From assembly GCA_030141605.1 (NCBI GenBank), contig JAQGDQ010000184.1, positions 310,001 through 374,000 on the forward strand: a stretch of DNA of 64,000 bases, in the 5' to 3' direction. Both the position numbers and the translations under genes were made by a program. Positions 25,420-39,352 of the stretch are shown here, piece after piece; position 1 is the first letter of the stretch, and each line of letters opens with the position of its first letter. Below the pieces are notes generated by a model. It made no database searches. It was given only the letters and a program-made list of their open reading frames with translations, and was not told the origin of the DNA. This DNA is from Tubiluchus corallicola (Eukaryota > Animalia > Priapulida).

Positions 25420-25825
25420 AAACATCTGATTACATTTTGACATTATTCGTCTAACAATTTCAAACCGGTATAATCTTAGATCAAATGATAATCTTTTCCT
25501 TACGATTCCTGCAGTGCGTTGTTCCGCTATGGGTGATAGGTCTTAAGCTGCTATCCACATTAGGACACTTACGAGCACTAATGCTTTTAAAATACAGATT
25601 AAAACATACTTGTTTAAAATGGTCCACATTGTTTGAAGTGATCAAATGATTTGTCGTTTTATGCTTATATTTTGTGAATGTGTGCTTTTATGGATTTTGT
25701 GAATTTTAGTAGGATTACTGTTTAATCTTGTAAAACCTTTTTTAAGTCAATCATGATGATTTTAGATATTTTTTGTGAAGCGTCTTCGAATATTGTCAAT
25801 TGTGTTGTTTATAGATTTAGACGCA
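25420..25825 (+). mobile_element. L2/CR1-group LINE 3' fragment
   Basis: From 25469 it translates YNLRSNDNLFLTIPAVRCSAMGDRS*AAIHIRTLTSTNAFKIQIKTYLFKMVHIV*, matching the L2-type C-terminus pattern (YxLRS, GDRSF, FKxxLKTxLF). The 3' UTR has a stem gcgtct (25780-25785)/agacgc (25819-25824) directly before an (AAT)n tail. Confidence 0.75.
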
Positions 25826-26124
<299 letters not shown>

Positions 26125-27544
26125 TGCAAACTTGACTGCCAATCAGGGCGAATCACTCCAGTTTCTTGTAATTTTTCGTAGTGTCGTTAATGAAAATTCT
26201 GAAAAATTAGAAAGCAGTTTCACAAGCCAAAAACACGTAAAACTAAACTTGATAAAAGGTTGTTTTTTGCATATAGAAGGTCAGATGCAAAGTTAGAAAG
26301 CAAGTTCATCCAGTAATTTTCCATTTTGCGAGAAATCATCGATTTCAAAAACCTAATTTATCATAAGTATTGTTCTTGAAAAAGTTTACTTACGAACTAA
26401 TTACCCTTGATATTTTCGTTGTCTAGAATTCTGTCTGTTGAGAATAAATAAAAATTGTGTTAATTTCTGTTTGTCTCACCATTCAACACTGTCGTGCGAA
26501 GGGCAGTGTTTTTTATTGGCAGGGATAGATGAAAGAAGCAGACTTGTCTGCTCGTTTAAAGATTATGTTTGCCTATCTTATCGAGACTGTTATATGTGTA
26601 GACTTCAGAGTGACGAAATGAATGATCTGTTAACAGAAAGCACGTAACCTGCTTTACTTTGTGACTGGAAACAAAAAACGTTAAGCAAAACACGTTAGAT
26701 TTAACGCTGCAAAAATTAAGTAAAATTATTTTACTTCCTCATACAGATTTACATAATGACCCTTACTGAACAACAATACTTAAACGTCGTATCGAAGTAA
26801 ACTAAAACGGCATAATTAAGTGGCATTACTGAGTTAAATAAAAAGAATGAAAAGCAGCAGGTTGGTTGCGAAGAAAACTAAACAAATTCTGTTTATTAGA
26901 TATAGCTCAAATACTTGATACCTGTAGTAACAACGTATATTAGGCAAAGCACATCAAACTGGTGATTTAGGATATTAATCTGATGAACATGTTGATAAAC
27001 CTAAAACAATCCAAAAAAACGCACAAGGTAAAATGTCGGGTAAAACCCGTTAAATTACCTGGACGTTGTTTTTTTCTTTCATTGTTAATACTTCCACATC
27101 ACAGCTTTAGACTGACATGTTCACCATTGCCTAGTAGTTCGTCTTCTAGCAGCCGTATGGTCGCGAACATACAAGCTCGCTCAGTGAGTACGTTTATCCT
27201 TAATTGTATTAACTTTCCAATTTGCTGATAAATACACCTAACCTATTATTAATTATTCAAGGCAGCCTTCTTGAAATGGTTTATCTTGTAAGTTACTTCT
27301 TACCCGATACTTTCATGCCGCCTTTTATAAAACACCAAACTTATTAGTTTATTATACAACTCGTTTATTCTACTGAAGTGCCTGACATTACCCCATTTTT
27401 TCAAATAACGTAGCAAAGCATTTAATTATCACAGCATTTTACATTTTATGCAGCAGCCATATTTTCTGTGTTTCTGATTCCTTAACAGCATAGCTTTAGC
27501 GTATGAGGCATTATTCCAAGAAAATTGCAAAAATATAGACAGAT

Positions 27545-27860
27545 ATCTGAAAAAGCCATGTTTGTCCGACATTAGCCCATTTTACCCTTGGGCTACAAGT
27601 TTAGAAATAGTAAAGAGAGTCCAGAGGGTTAACTTATTAGAACTGCAACTATCGCGAAATGCAGAAGTTAGTTAAACGGTCCAAACTAATGATTCTGAGA
27701 AGTTAGCCGGTAGACCACAAATTGGCCTAGTAAGAGTTATTTGTCAACAGCATTCCTGATTGATCAGTTTGGACCCATTTCCGCAGGGATGTTTACTTTA
27801 CACAAATTGGCTTACTAGAGCCTGTCGACTACTTCCGCCATGAACGGAAGTAGGTATAAT
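27545..27860 (+). mobile_element. Possible Helentron/DINE-1-like non-autonomous element
   Basis: Ends in a perfect 9 bp hairpin ctacttccg-ccatgaa-cggaagtag followed by gtataat, similar to the hairpin plus GGTATAA terminus of DINE-1/HINE elements. The left boundary is uncertain. Confidence 0.35.
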
Positions 27861-28510
27861 GGTAGGAATAAGAAGCCACGCAAACTGATTTCTTTGCCTC
27901 AAAGCTTCTCGAAATTGGTTTGAATATTGATAGACAATAACACCTCACCCTCACTAATTCTCGAGATATTTATATTCGGAAATTTCGACGCATGTTGTTG
28001 TAGATATCCCTGTAAAAGGGGGAAGCAACAGCAAACTGATTGGTCCGATTTGACCATGCATAACGGCTGTGAATTACCTCTAACTTGATCTACTGGAATT
28101 CGTTTCCCTCTGGAACTGTACTAAGTTACACAAGTTTGGACCCAACTCAGTTTTCACCATTTGATCACTCATTTCCAGAGGAGTAGATCTACCAACTATA
28201 CCATTAAAACCTGTTCCTCATTTGACACTGTAGACAGGGGAAACAATCTAAACTTAGGCTGCCCAAAGCCTGAAAAAATTTTAGTTAGAAGTTTTTTGCA
28301 GTTTTGTACTGCTCACGACAAAGTGACTCTTAAAACTAAGGCGAAACATACACTAAATTATACTGATGTATGTTCAGTGTTCTGCGATACCACATCCTGT
28401 AAGAGGACTACCAAAATCACTCTAGAAAATATTGAAGTGGCTATGCTGTGTCCTACCGCTTACCCTACAATTTGTAACTGATGACAACAAGCCTGTACGT
28501 GCTAAAGGTA

Positions 28511-29225
28511 GGGCTACATGTGCGCGTAATGCGTGATCCGCGGTCCGTACTTCGGGCTGCGTAGTAATGTTTCCATGTGTTTCCATGCGTCCGTGAACGC
28601 TACCGAATTAACAAAGCTCGTTGCGTTCTTTCTGCTGTTTTGGTTGCTGTTCGTGAAAATTGGGAGTAATAATTTTTGGAAGCCATGTTCTGTCGAAAGA
28701 TCAGAGTGACAGTGATCACAGTGGTGGTATTAGCCTAACATTATACTATTGTACTATTAAAAGGGAAAAATTCAAAAGAAAGCACAGGTTTTTGGTACAC
28801 AACATTTTGCAAGGTAGAGAACATACGGCGTGTTTCACCACTTAGTGAAAGAACTGTAACTAGAATCTATTAGATGTTAAACAACAATAATACGCTTTTT
28901 CAGCTACTCAAAAACTCAAATGGAAGAAATATTATTGTGTGCAGGTCAGTAGTGTAACAAAAACATATATGACCAAAAAAGCCAATCAGCAAAGCTGGCA
29001 ACCGAAAACTTGAAAACTCGCTAAATCGTCTAGGCAGAAGCGGTTTCCCGTCCGCGTATTAGCGAGTAGTGCGTATTCGGACGATAGCGATCATGTTGGA
29101 GGAAAGACGGACCTCGCATTAAGCATCAAGGATTGCGCATTACGTACACATAGAACACTTCCACGTATTTAAATACAAACTGCTGTATACGCATTACGCA
29201 TCACGCATCGCGCTTACATGTACAT
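28511..29225. mobile_element. TIR-bounded non-autonomous element with TGCGTRA-type subterminal repeats
   Basis: The left end ctacatgtgcgcgtaatgcgtgatccgcggtccgt has inverted counterparts at ~29106-29155 and again at ~29190-29222 (cgcattacgcatcacgcatcgcgcttacatgta). Confidence 0.55.
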
Positions 29226-32099
29226 GGAATTCTATCTTGAAAATACGATGGCAGAGCAGAGAATCTAGCGAGAGAAGCTACTACTTAGATTTGTTTGTTC
29301 TTCGAACGAAGACCTGTTCAAACTATTTTCACTCATCTCTGCACAAACCTCGCCACTTCTGGATTAAATTTTTGACACAGTGAACTAAGGCTTTCATTTG
29401 TCATTTACCGTTACCGTAAGTGAGTTAGCAAAATGCCGATAGCGGTTTCCGTTCGCTTTGAAGCCGCTTTTAGTGGTTTCGTTGACCTTGTGTGACGGTT
29501 ACAGGCTATAATATACCAGCAGACGAAAGCCGACAGGATAAAAGGAAAACGACGCAAATAAAAGTTCGCAAACAGAAGAAACCTTAAAATAAAGGAAACG
29601 ACCGAAAAGGGATAATGAATGCTAATTATGTGCGCCAATAATTTAAAAGTATTCGCTTATTAAAATACGTAAAGATTAAGTTACCACTGACAGTTAAATA
29701 GTTCATTTAAAATTAACTACCTGGACATTGTACATAATTTTCCTGCTACCTTAATTACAAAGGCTACATGTTTTGTTGTTGTTAAATTATGTAGCACCGT
29801 ATGTTTCTATTTTCTTTTTAGTTTAGTTCCAGAACAGCCTGTTCAGGTAAATACAATTTCACAAGATAAAAATTGGTTCTTTATCGTAATTTAGCGTTTT
29901 GAATAATTATGATAATCTAGCATAATTTAAATTTTAAATCGATATTTAATTTGTTTATTTTTTGTTTTTACATTGCTAACAAATTTTGACAGAAATTTTC
30001 CATTTGTTAGCAGATTGAAAATCGTTTCTAAAAGACTTGAAGCTATCACTTTTTACGCGCTACAAATGCCAATAACTTTGAAAATATTGACCTTAAATTC
30101 TAGGTCATTTTTATTTGCTAAATAAAAAACAGCTTGAATGTATGTTAGCTATTATGACATCATATTGTTAAAATTTGTATAATTTAAATGATCTTAATTC
30201 GTTTATAAATAATGGAATGTTTAGTTTCTAGTGTAATACAATTTATTCTTTTTGTGCCCATTTTACTTTTTATGTCTCCTACCTCAAGAGCTTTTCGAAA
30301 TCAGCATTCATTAATTATTCGTGCTTCCTCTGCAAGCACTTCGTTAACATCCTTGCCCTCTTCGAAATTTTCAGGCATCTTTTGAAGGCTTTCTGTCTAA
30401 AGTTTTTCATCATATTTTTGCACGAGAGCATTTCAGAGTATTTTATTATCACTTTATTTGGATAATTAGTTTTAATACTAAATACGGCTGGATCAAATCC
30501 AGGCTTAATTCAGATTTTTTTACATTTTCCACATTTTTTGGTAAGTCATGTCGACTTTCAATCGTTTGCCCTGCAGCGTTGATTGAACACGATCAATTTC
30601 CATTTTTCTTGAGAATGGCGGAACTCAATTTTGTAATTTTATTATACTTCTCTGTAATTAAACTATCGGCGAGTGGTCATTAATTCTCTGCCCAGACTTA
30701 AATGACAACAATATTGACAATAGAGATCACGCGATAGGCTTCGGAGAATACAGATCTTTTGAAGAAAACGATTTCCAGGGTGAAAACTGAAGGGCATTCT
30801 ACAAACGAAACTTGTAATGAGCATAATTACGGGCAGAATGGTGCTGTGATTACACCTACTAGTGTAAAAAGTTACGGTAAGTACTGATTATAAGAAAAGG
30901 GTTAATTAATTATCATTACCTTAATGTCAAAATTGCGATCTAAACCCCTAATTAATTTTAATGCAGATTTTGGTACCAAAATTGGGCAATTTGGTATCAA
31001 AATTTAATTTACTGTGAGTTTATATCAGAAGAAATGTTTCAATACGATGCAGGTGCTATGCATTGCTCTGATGATTACTTAAAGAAAGAGGTTTTTGTCT
31101 GTGTTCTGGCAAACTTTACCTGTCTGTTTTAGACAGTTTGGGAATTGAAATTTTTTATTCGCTTCCAGTTGTATTTGTTCCTTCCGTAGTGTAAGTTACG
31201 CATTGTTACTAATAGATGGCAAGACGTGTTGCATTGTTGTCTTATTGCATCAACTAGTAGTTCAGCGTTTGGAAGCAAGACGGCATGGCTGCGATAACGT
31301 GAAAGCTGTTGTCGTTTCGTTTATTAGTGTTTAATAAAATTGCTGTTCATTTCAAGACATTAAAATTAATTGTGATCTTAATGAGTCTTGCATGACGGAC
31401 ATTAGGAACATTGTACATAGATTTTCGCGCAATGCATGGCCCACACAATGTATTGCGAACGCTCTCGAACCCCACGGATTCTGCCAAATTTCATGGAACT
31501 AATACTACCGGTCGTTTGCCGGATAGCTTACTTTGCAACGAAGTTCATTCACTGTTTCACGTCCCCAACATATTCTTCCACTTCACCAGTATTTGCAATA
31601 TAAATAAATAATTTGTTTACTCTGTCGATTTCAGCCAGCAATTTTACTATTTGCACAGCATTCGTTTCAATCTGTGCGCTAATTCGGGTCGATTTGCCTT
31701 TTCAATATTGTTGATAATTCAATTACAGTAATCTTACTCCGGATGAGCATATTGTACTCGGCAACCACTGCTCCGACTGGCAACGCTATTACCGGATTCT
31801 GACCCGAAGTGCGTTTTCCGTCCAATCAAGTTACGGCACTATGGACTAGAAAGATTCCTTTCAAACATCTCCTGAAAATCTAATCCCGTTGCTAGAGAGA
31901 AACTGGCTAGATGAAGCTACTCTGACAGATTAAGACCAGTAACAGAATGTGTTTTTCTTCCTCGCTGAATTAAGTAGTTGGCTTCACAAGAATAACTTTA
32001 ACTGGATGTAATGATTTACCTTATTAATTTTGCACCAAATAAAAAAATTGCAAAATTGTCAACAACTGTGTGTGGATGAATCCGCACTACTTCTTACAA

Positions 32100-32600
32100 C
32101 CTTAGAATTAAATGAATTTTATGGGTTCATTGATTTTCTGGTAACAAAGCCACGCACACGGACATCAAAATCTTTTAAATGTTAAATTTGGAATAACATC
32201 CAACTCACACAATCTTTATCTGAAATTCTTTTCCAAGTAACCGAATTTCTTTCACTTTCATAATAAGGACAGTACAGTAATATATGATGTAAATCCCCCA
32301 AGTCCAAACCACACTTACAAAGTCTATCACGTTCAGCTGTCTTCCATCTAAATAATGGATATCCATTAATTTCCAATGCAACAATTCTTGCTCTCACAAT
32401 CAACTCAGTATTATACGTATCGTTCATCCAGGTTTCCAACTAAGGTTCAAATGCATATTAGCCATAAAACATACTTCAAGTTTATCCTGCCATAGTTTTA
32501 AATCCGTTTCTCTCACCATTTCTTTCAGTTAACTGATTCCAACCCTTCTTCAACCCATCAATTTGAGGTTAACTTAAACTTTGTATTCAACATTTTATGA
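32100..32600 (-). mobile_element. Non-LTR retrotransposon ORF2 C-terminal fragment with CCHC zinc knuckle
   Basis: ORF 32182..32439 contains DRLCKCGLDLGDLHHILLYCPYYESER, the C-x-C-x7-H-x4-C knuckle found after the RT in many LINE clades. No RT motifs remain and the boundaries are approximate. Confidence 0.7.
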
Positions 32601-33054
32601 AGGTCATATTGACAGATCATTGTCTTGAAGAATTGTAGATTTTTTTAGAAACGTGTGCTTCGTTCCTTTGCTTACTGATTTGACAGTCAACTCCTGAAAA
32701 TTCCAATGTGAATTGACGAATTACACTATTTAGAAACCATATTAACACGTACGGCTTCCTAGCTCTCATTCCGTAGTTGTGAAACTTTTTTGTTTTCACG
32801 TGTCAAAAAAACCTTAACCAAAGTAGCACCAAAATGATTAGCAAAGCAGCAGCTTTTATCAGCCTCTCATAATTAATATTCACCCAACTGTTCCTGTCTT
32901 GGTGACCTCAAACTGTTTATTCAGTCTGGTTCCAAGGGAGTTCCCTCCCATTTCAGCAACACCTCGCCACTGTATACTTTCACACGAGAAAAAGAGCTAA
33001 AGAATACAATGTATGCAAACACATCCTGCCACTCTATCTAGCAATCAATCAAAA

Positions 33055-34040
33055 CGAATACGAAATTCTCCTGCAACGAAGACTGATTTTACCTAGGTAA
33101 ATCAGTAAACATCTTGTGGTGTGTTAACAATTCTGCTAAAAAGCAGTAATTGCTCTTGTAGTGTGTTAACAATTTTGTAAAAAAATAATACTTTCTCTAT
33201 TACGCATAAACATAAATATATCCTAAGGCAAAATAGCATCAAGACGATTAGTAAAACTCGAAGAATAGAAGTGCAGGATCTACATTTGTTTTTGTAATAT
33301 AAATTTGTTATAATTGCATATTTTATTAATTTTTCTAGAAATCATGAAATCATATGTTGTAAAAATAAATAACACTATTTTTTTGCATACCTGAACACAA
33401 TGTTGTTAATCTCACGATTATTCAAAGCGGTCAAAGCGGTTAACGATGATGAAGAGTTATAAAAGGTAAAAGATTAATAATTTTCTAATTTGCAGCATGT
33501 TCTAAAGCTAGGGGGAGCAAGCACATAAAAAAACACAAAAAATACAAATGAGGCAACTATATGTTTGTCTTTGCCACATCAGCGTGTAACAAGAATATAT
33601 TGTAATAATTAGATTTAGGCCAATTTACTACTACTAATAATAATATAATTCTTTAGCATGGTTAATTGCACATTCCAAAAGATGCTGTTACAATGAAACT
33701 GTTGTTAGCAATCGTATTGATAGAAAAGTAAAATTACATTTAAGATAAAAGATAGTTTACATTTAAGATAATTAAATTTGTTCCTTGGTTCAATCAGTCA
33801 ACCTTGATAAATGAGTTGGGTAAATGCACGCTCATTTCACAAACACGGAAGGCAGGTTGGTCAAATAAAGTAATAAGACAGGTTGTTGAAAAGGCGCCCA
33901 TTTTGAAAAATGTGCTTTGGAAAGAGCAGTTGCTAGTTTTAGCCATACTGCTAACGCACCACAAAATATTTACAGATTTAACTGAATAAATTCAATTTAC
34001 CTGAATACGTAGGGCTTCGCTGAAGGCTAGTGAATTCGTT
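33055..34040. mobile_element. ~1 kb element with ~100 bp degenerate inverted repeats
   Basis: taaatcagtaaacatcttgtggtgtgttaacaattctgctaaaaagcagtaattgctctt (~33098-33157) matches the reverse complement of ~33921-33985 (taaatctgtaaatattttgtggtgcgttagcagtatggctaaaactagcaactgctctt). Confidence 0.55.
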
Positions 34041-34133
34041 CAAGTCAACTAGCAAATCTGTCTTGAAGCCTTGATGCAACCTTTGAGAAATTTGCTCTGG
34101 TTTTGATTGTGTGTACGTGAGTACATGCATCGC

Positions 34134-34200
34134 CTCTCCCTCTCCCTCCCTCCCTCTCTCTCTCCCTCCCTCTTTCTCTCTCTATCTCTATTTGTCTGTC
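34134..34200. repeat. Imperfect (CT)n/(CCCT)n tract
   Basis: Direct read. Confidence 0.85.
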
Positions 34201-35009
34201 TTTCGCTTTTACTCGTGAGATGTCCGCGTTAAGTACGTAACGCCATGTATATTTTCGCACGCGTATTTTATGTCTAGACGGTCTTTAATTAGGAGATGCT
34301 GCGTAAAATACGCGACGCTGAATAATATTTCCGCGTATAGAAAAACTCCGTATATTTTATCGTTATGGCTTTCCATAGAATTAAGTAATTCTTTGTTATT
34401 TTTCTTAAAATTCCAATTGCACGGCGCCACCAACCAAAACGCGCTTTAAAATCCACGAGCTATACATCATATATCGCAGACTTGTTCATCGCGAAAAGAA
34501 ATTGCATGGTTCTATAGCATTATTGAGTTCCTGAATTTCCTGAAAAAATGTTATGTGGTCGTTGCTGTTTCTACGGCAATAAATTCGTCAAATATTGACC
34601 AAGAATCCACTGCGATAAAATTGCAACATGGCTATAAAATTAGCTACAACGCCAGAGACATTTCGTTTCACCAGATGTTTCGATATTCGCCTCACGGAGC
34701 AAACAAAATAAAATGCGAAGAGTGCGAAGATGATATCAGAAATTTGACAATTCCAAAAATGTTTCTGTCAGAGAAAAGGAAAAATTAAAAAAAAACTGAT
34801 TTTTTTCAGCTCCAGGCAGACGTATGTTGTTAGAAAGTAACATAATTGTGAAAATAGTGAATCAATAATGATACCCTGAATGAATTTGATTTATAACAAA
34901 TATTTCATATGCCGCTGGCAAATTAAATTTAACTAAAAAGTTATTGAGTTGCATTTGCAGAGAATATAATCATATAAGCACTTGGCTAAAGCAGGAAGTT
35001 GCTTGCTTG

Positions 35010-36168
35010 AATTTTTTTGAATTTATTTCTTAATTTAACTTTTTATTTCACACTCAAGGTACATAGTATAATATAACACATATATTCACACACAAATTAT
35101 AAATACCATTTACAAACATACACGAAGAATAGTAAACCTTCTATAACCTAATTCCCTACAATACAAATAAAATTAAATAATAATCATGTACATAATATTG
35201 ATCGCCATTCAGCACGTATACTTGACGTGTATCTAATATCACTGTTACATAGCTGATTCACAATGGCGTTACTACTGTTTATTATCCTTATATACAGGCT
35301 AAACACACATTTTCTTCTAATAAAATCAAAGTATTTTAAAATGTAGGATACACATAATTGTTTTGCACTAAAGTCAAACGGCTTTCCGAAAAATTTAAGC
35401 AGTAATATATTGCGTGCTACCTTTAGTTTTTTAATATTATAATGATTGTAGTTTCTCCATGTAGCCATACAGTAATAGTTGCTACAGTAGCTGTTTGTCA
35501 AATATCTTCTACATTACCACTACAGTTTTTAAAAGTATTTAGCAGCTTGTTTGCTCAACAATAAAACAGAGACGTTGCCTTATGATGTCTACATCGTCTT
35601 ACTTGTCTGAAGTTATGATATGTCCTAAGTATTTTTTTGATAACGTGAGCTTATTCTACAATTTTTTACATAAAATGAGCTAAACGATACTTGTGATATG
35701 GTACTTGATTTAACAGAGGTTAATTTTGTTTTATTCTCATTCACTTTTATGTCATGTTTAACAGAATACTTCATATATATCAACTAGATGTTGTAAAGCA
35801 CTCATAGTTGTTGCCAGGAGACACGCATCATCGGCATACATCAAATGGTTAACACATTTTTTAACAATGCAACAGCCTTGTTGCATTACGTGTTTCACGT
35901 AATTTAATACTAACTGCACTGAAATAAACATTGAAAAGAACAGGAGACAGTATTCCCCTTGTTTAACACTATTCCCTACTTTAAAGAGTTGGGAATTAAA
36001 TTGACCCCCATCTAACAGTAAGCGTCTGCTCTCAATAAAGAAAGTGCAGCAAACACCCATACAATAATTTTTGGAACTGCGGTTTGTAGTAATTTAAAGA
36101 ATAGCTTGCGGAAGTTCAGTAAGTCAAATGCCTTTGAGGCATCCGTGAACGATAGAAGCACAGTGCTT
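35010..36168 (-). mobile_element. 5'-truncated, frameshifted non-LTR retrotransposon (RTE-X-like RT), copy 1
   Basis: The minus strand encodes, across frameshifts, FTDASKAFDLLNFRKLFFKLL, NSVKQG, GCCIVKKCVNHLMYADDACLLA and the C-terminus ...YFDFIRRKCVFSL...SSIRAEWRSILCT*, then an AT-rich UTR with GAAATAAA. The clade label is tentative. Confidence 0.88.
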
Positions 36169-36433
36169 TACTTGAGCCGTAAATCGAGGTATAGAATCCA
36201 GTTCCGTTGTCAGAGCCTTTCGGGCAGATTCCCATTGTCTACCGAGTTAAACAGGCCAGAATAGTGAGTGATCTCCCCACATAGCACAAATGTCTTTCTC
36301 ACCTGTAGCTTCACCTACACGTGGCCGCAGCGGTAGTTTTTTGTTAACCTGAGCTCTGATGGTTTTCCAGAACACATAAGAGCAATCTTGCATATACTTC
36401 TATGCAATTTTGTCGGCTACAATAGCAGCCTCA

Positions 36434-36750
<317 letters not shown>

Positions 36751-39212
36751 CTGAATAGGCTTATGTATGATGTGTAAGTGACGAGAAATTAAAAATTAGA
36801 AATTAATCGACCGTAATGAGTGGTGCTTAATTTAAAACTTTAGGAAAGTGGGTTCTTAGCTAGTAATGGTATGTTACTACCTGTTTTAACTCGCATACGT
36901 GGAAAACCTGCTTCAGTCTTTCGTGGGTTAACCAATTAGGTCTGTGTGTAGTGCCGCCTATATTTAATAGGCTGGGAGAAAATTGCGACACATACATGAA
37001 ATTTAGACGACATTGTTTGATTACACGTGAAAAGTTTCAATTGTTATTGCAAGTGCTATAATTCACTAAATTTATGATTACACATTGTAGGATGCGTGAC
37101 AAAAACTCAGCTAATTATATTATTACAAACAGTGATTCATACTCGTAGTCTTAAATCATGCACAAACATAATCGGGGAGATTGTTTATATCCGTGTGAGT
37201 TTGCAAAGAAGCTGCGTTTTGTGTAGGAGAACTCGAATTTTTACTTATTGGCTTTCAGTGCGTTAATAGAGAAGAGCTGTTCAGTCCATCAATAAAATTT
37301 CCCTTCATTCACGGCAACACGTCGCATATTTTTAATTGCAAGTTAAGTTAGCGCACAACAGAATCCGATAAACTCGCGAAAAGTTGAAGGAACTGAAAAG
37401 GGGTTGGAGGAAAATAATCAACAAGAGTGGGGTGGACGCAAAAACAAATGTACTAAGCGATCCATAAAAGCAATGCAACCGGTTTCTTTAATTTTAAGCA
37501 TTAAATAAGCTAAAAAATAACTTTCTTTTTAGCTGAATTAAATAGAATCAACTAATGTGAAAAGTTAGTGCTACACGCACAATTCGTTCTTATTGTTTCT
37601 AATAATTAATTAGCTTAATTTACTAATTATAACCCGAAAGAATAATAATGTTAACTTCATCTTAATAGAAAACGGTACCAAATTTTAAACTATAGCTGAA
37701 AATAATGTGCGATTTAACACGTTGAAAAGGCAAGTATTGTTCTCTTCAAGAATCACTTACATTAAAGATTTGTTTGCTTGGAACTTTATCTTAGTTAATT
37801 TATTAAAATTTATGCATTTTTAGTTAGTGGCAATAGTGCCTACTTCTTAGATACACATTGACAAAAAATAGGTTGCAGTATGCGCTGGGTTAAGTTCAGT
37901 AAAACCAAGTCGCTACCACAAAGTTCTGCTTGAAACCCTGAATTACAACAGCGCGTTGTTGACGATGTTACATGCACATGTACTGCTGTCGCAAGAGAAT
38001 TGTACCCAACTGTGACGTCATCACTAGCATCGTTCGTGTGCCATTGATTAAGTTTCTAACTGTAATATACAATGGAATGTAATTTTAATGTACTTTTAAT
38101 GTACGTCATTTATGTGAATATTTTAACTACTTTTTCTTCATATTTTTCTGTAAATTGTAAGTTTCTGTTTTCATAATTATTTTTTAGCAATTTTTGTATT
38201 TGTATTCCTTAAAGAATAAAATAATAGTAATATTAATAATAATTTAATTATAATAAAACATTTCAGTAATTACTGCAGATAATACAATGTACGTTTTAGG
38301 TCATATGTGAAAGTAAAGTATGGTCTGAAAAATTGTCTTGTTTTTCTGGTAAACCATTCCTCTGCCGATTTATTATTATTATTTTCACTTCTGCACTACG
38401 ACCCTGGTAATCTGCCTGATAAAAGCATGCAGAAATTTGGCCTTTGTCACTCTAGGTTTAATTATTGACCGACTAATTTAAATCCAATGCAAAGTAAGTG
38501 AACCGGAGTAGGGACATTAGAGACTAAAAGACCATTGAGGGAAGTTAATATGATAAACGGCTCGTGTAGTCTTGAAAAATGTCATCTTGAAGTAATCAGC
38601 CCTAGTTGTAATTACAACAATTACAAATTAACTAATTACTTATTTCATCACCAAAGATGGCCAGCATTACTTCCAATGATCGATTGCACAGGTGAAAGCC
38701 TGGCAAATGAAAATAAAGCTAGCCGAGTATTTCATTAATCAAACCTCATGTGTACAACACAGAATTAATGCAAAACGTTTTGCTTCACAGCCTATTGTAA
38801 AATTTAATAAAAACTTGATAAACAAACGGCAAACCAGTAAATTCACCTTGGAAATTACGGAGAGGTTGTATAGCTCATTTATATGCTGGCTTGTTTCATT
38901 TTCGAGGGTTCTTGATTCATTCTGGATTCAAATATGTACGTGACTTTTCACGTTCGCATCCCAGTGATGCGTGATTTTCAGCTTTACGTGTTTTTCACAT
39001 TATGCGCTAATCAAGCGTAGTTCATTATATTTGCCTTATAAGATAATGGAATCTATAATGAGCCGCTTGTCACACAAATTTGTTTTCTCGTTTCCTAAGA
39101 GTGTTCTTGAAAATAGATTTTCAAATTAAAGAGAAATATTTCATAGCCAACAAGTAAAAATAATACAGAAAATGTGGCGCAATGCGGTTTAACGTTGATA
39201 GTTAAGTTTCTT

Positions 39213-39247
39213 CGAGAGGGAGAGAGAATGAGGGGAGAGACAGAGTG

Positions 39248-39322
<75 letters not shown>

Positions 39323-39352
39323 GACAGAGGGAGTTTTAGAGAGAGAAAGAGA
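39213..39352. repeat. (GA)n microsatellite
   Basis: Direct read. Confidence 0.95.
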
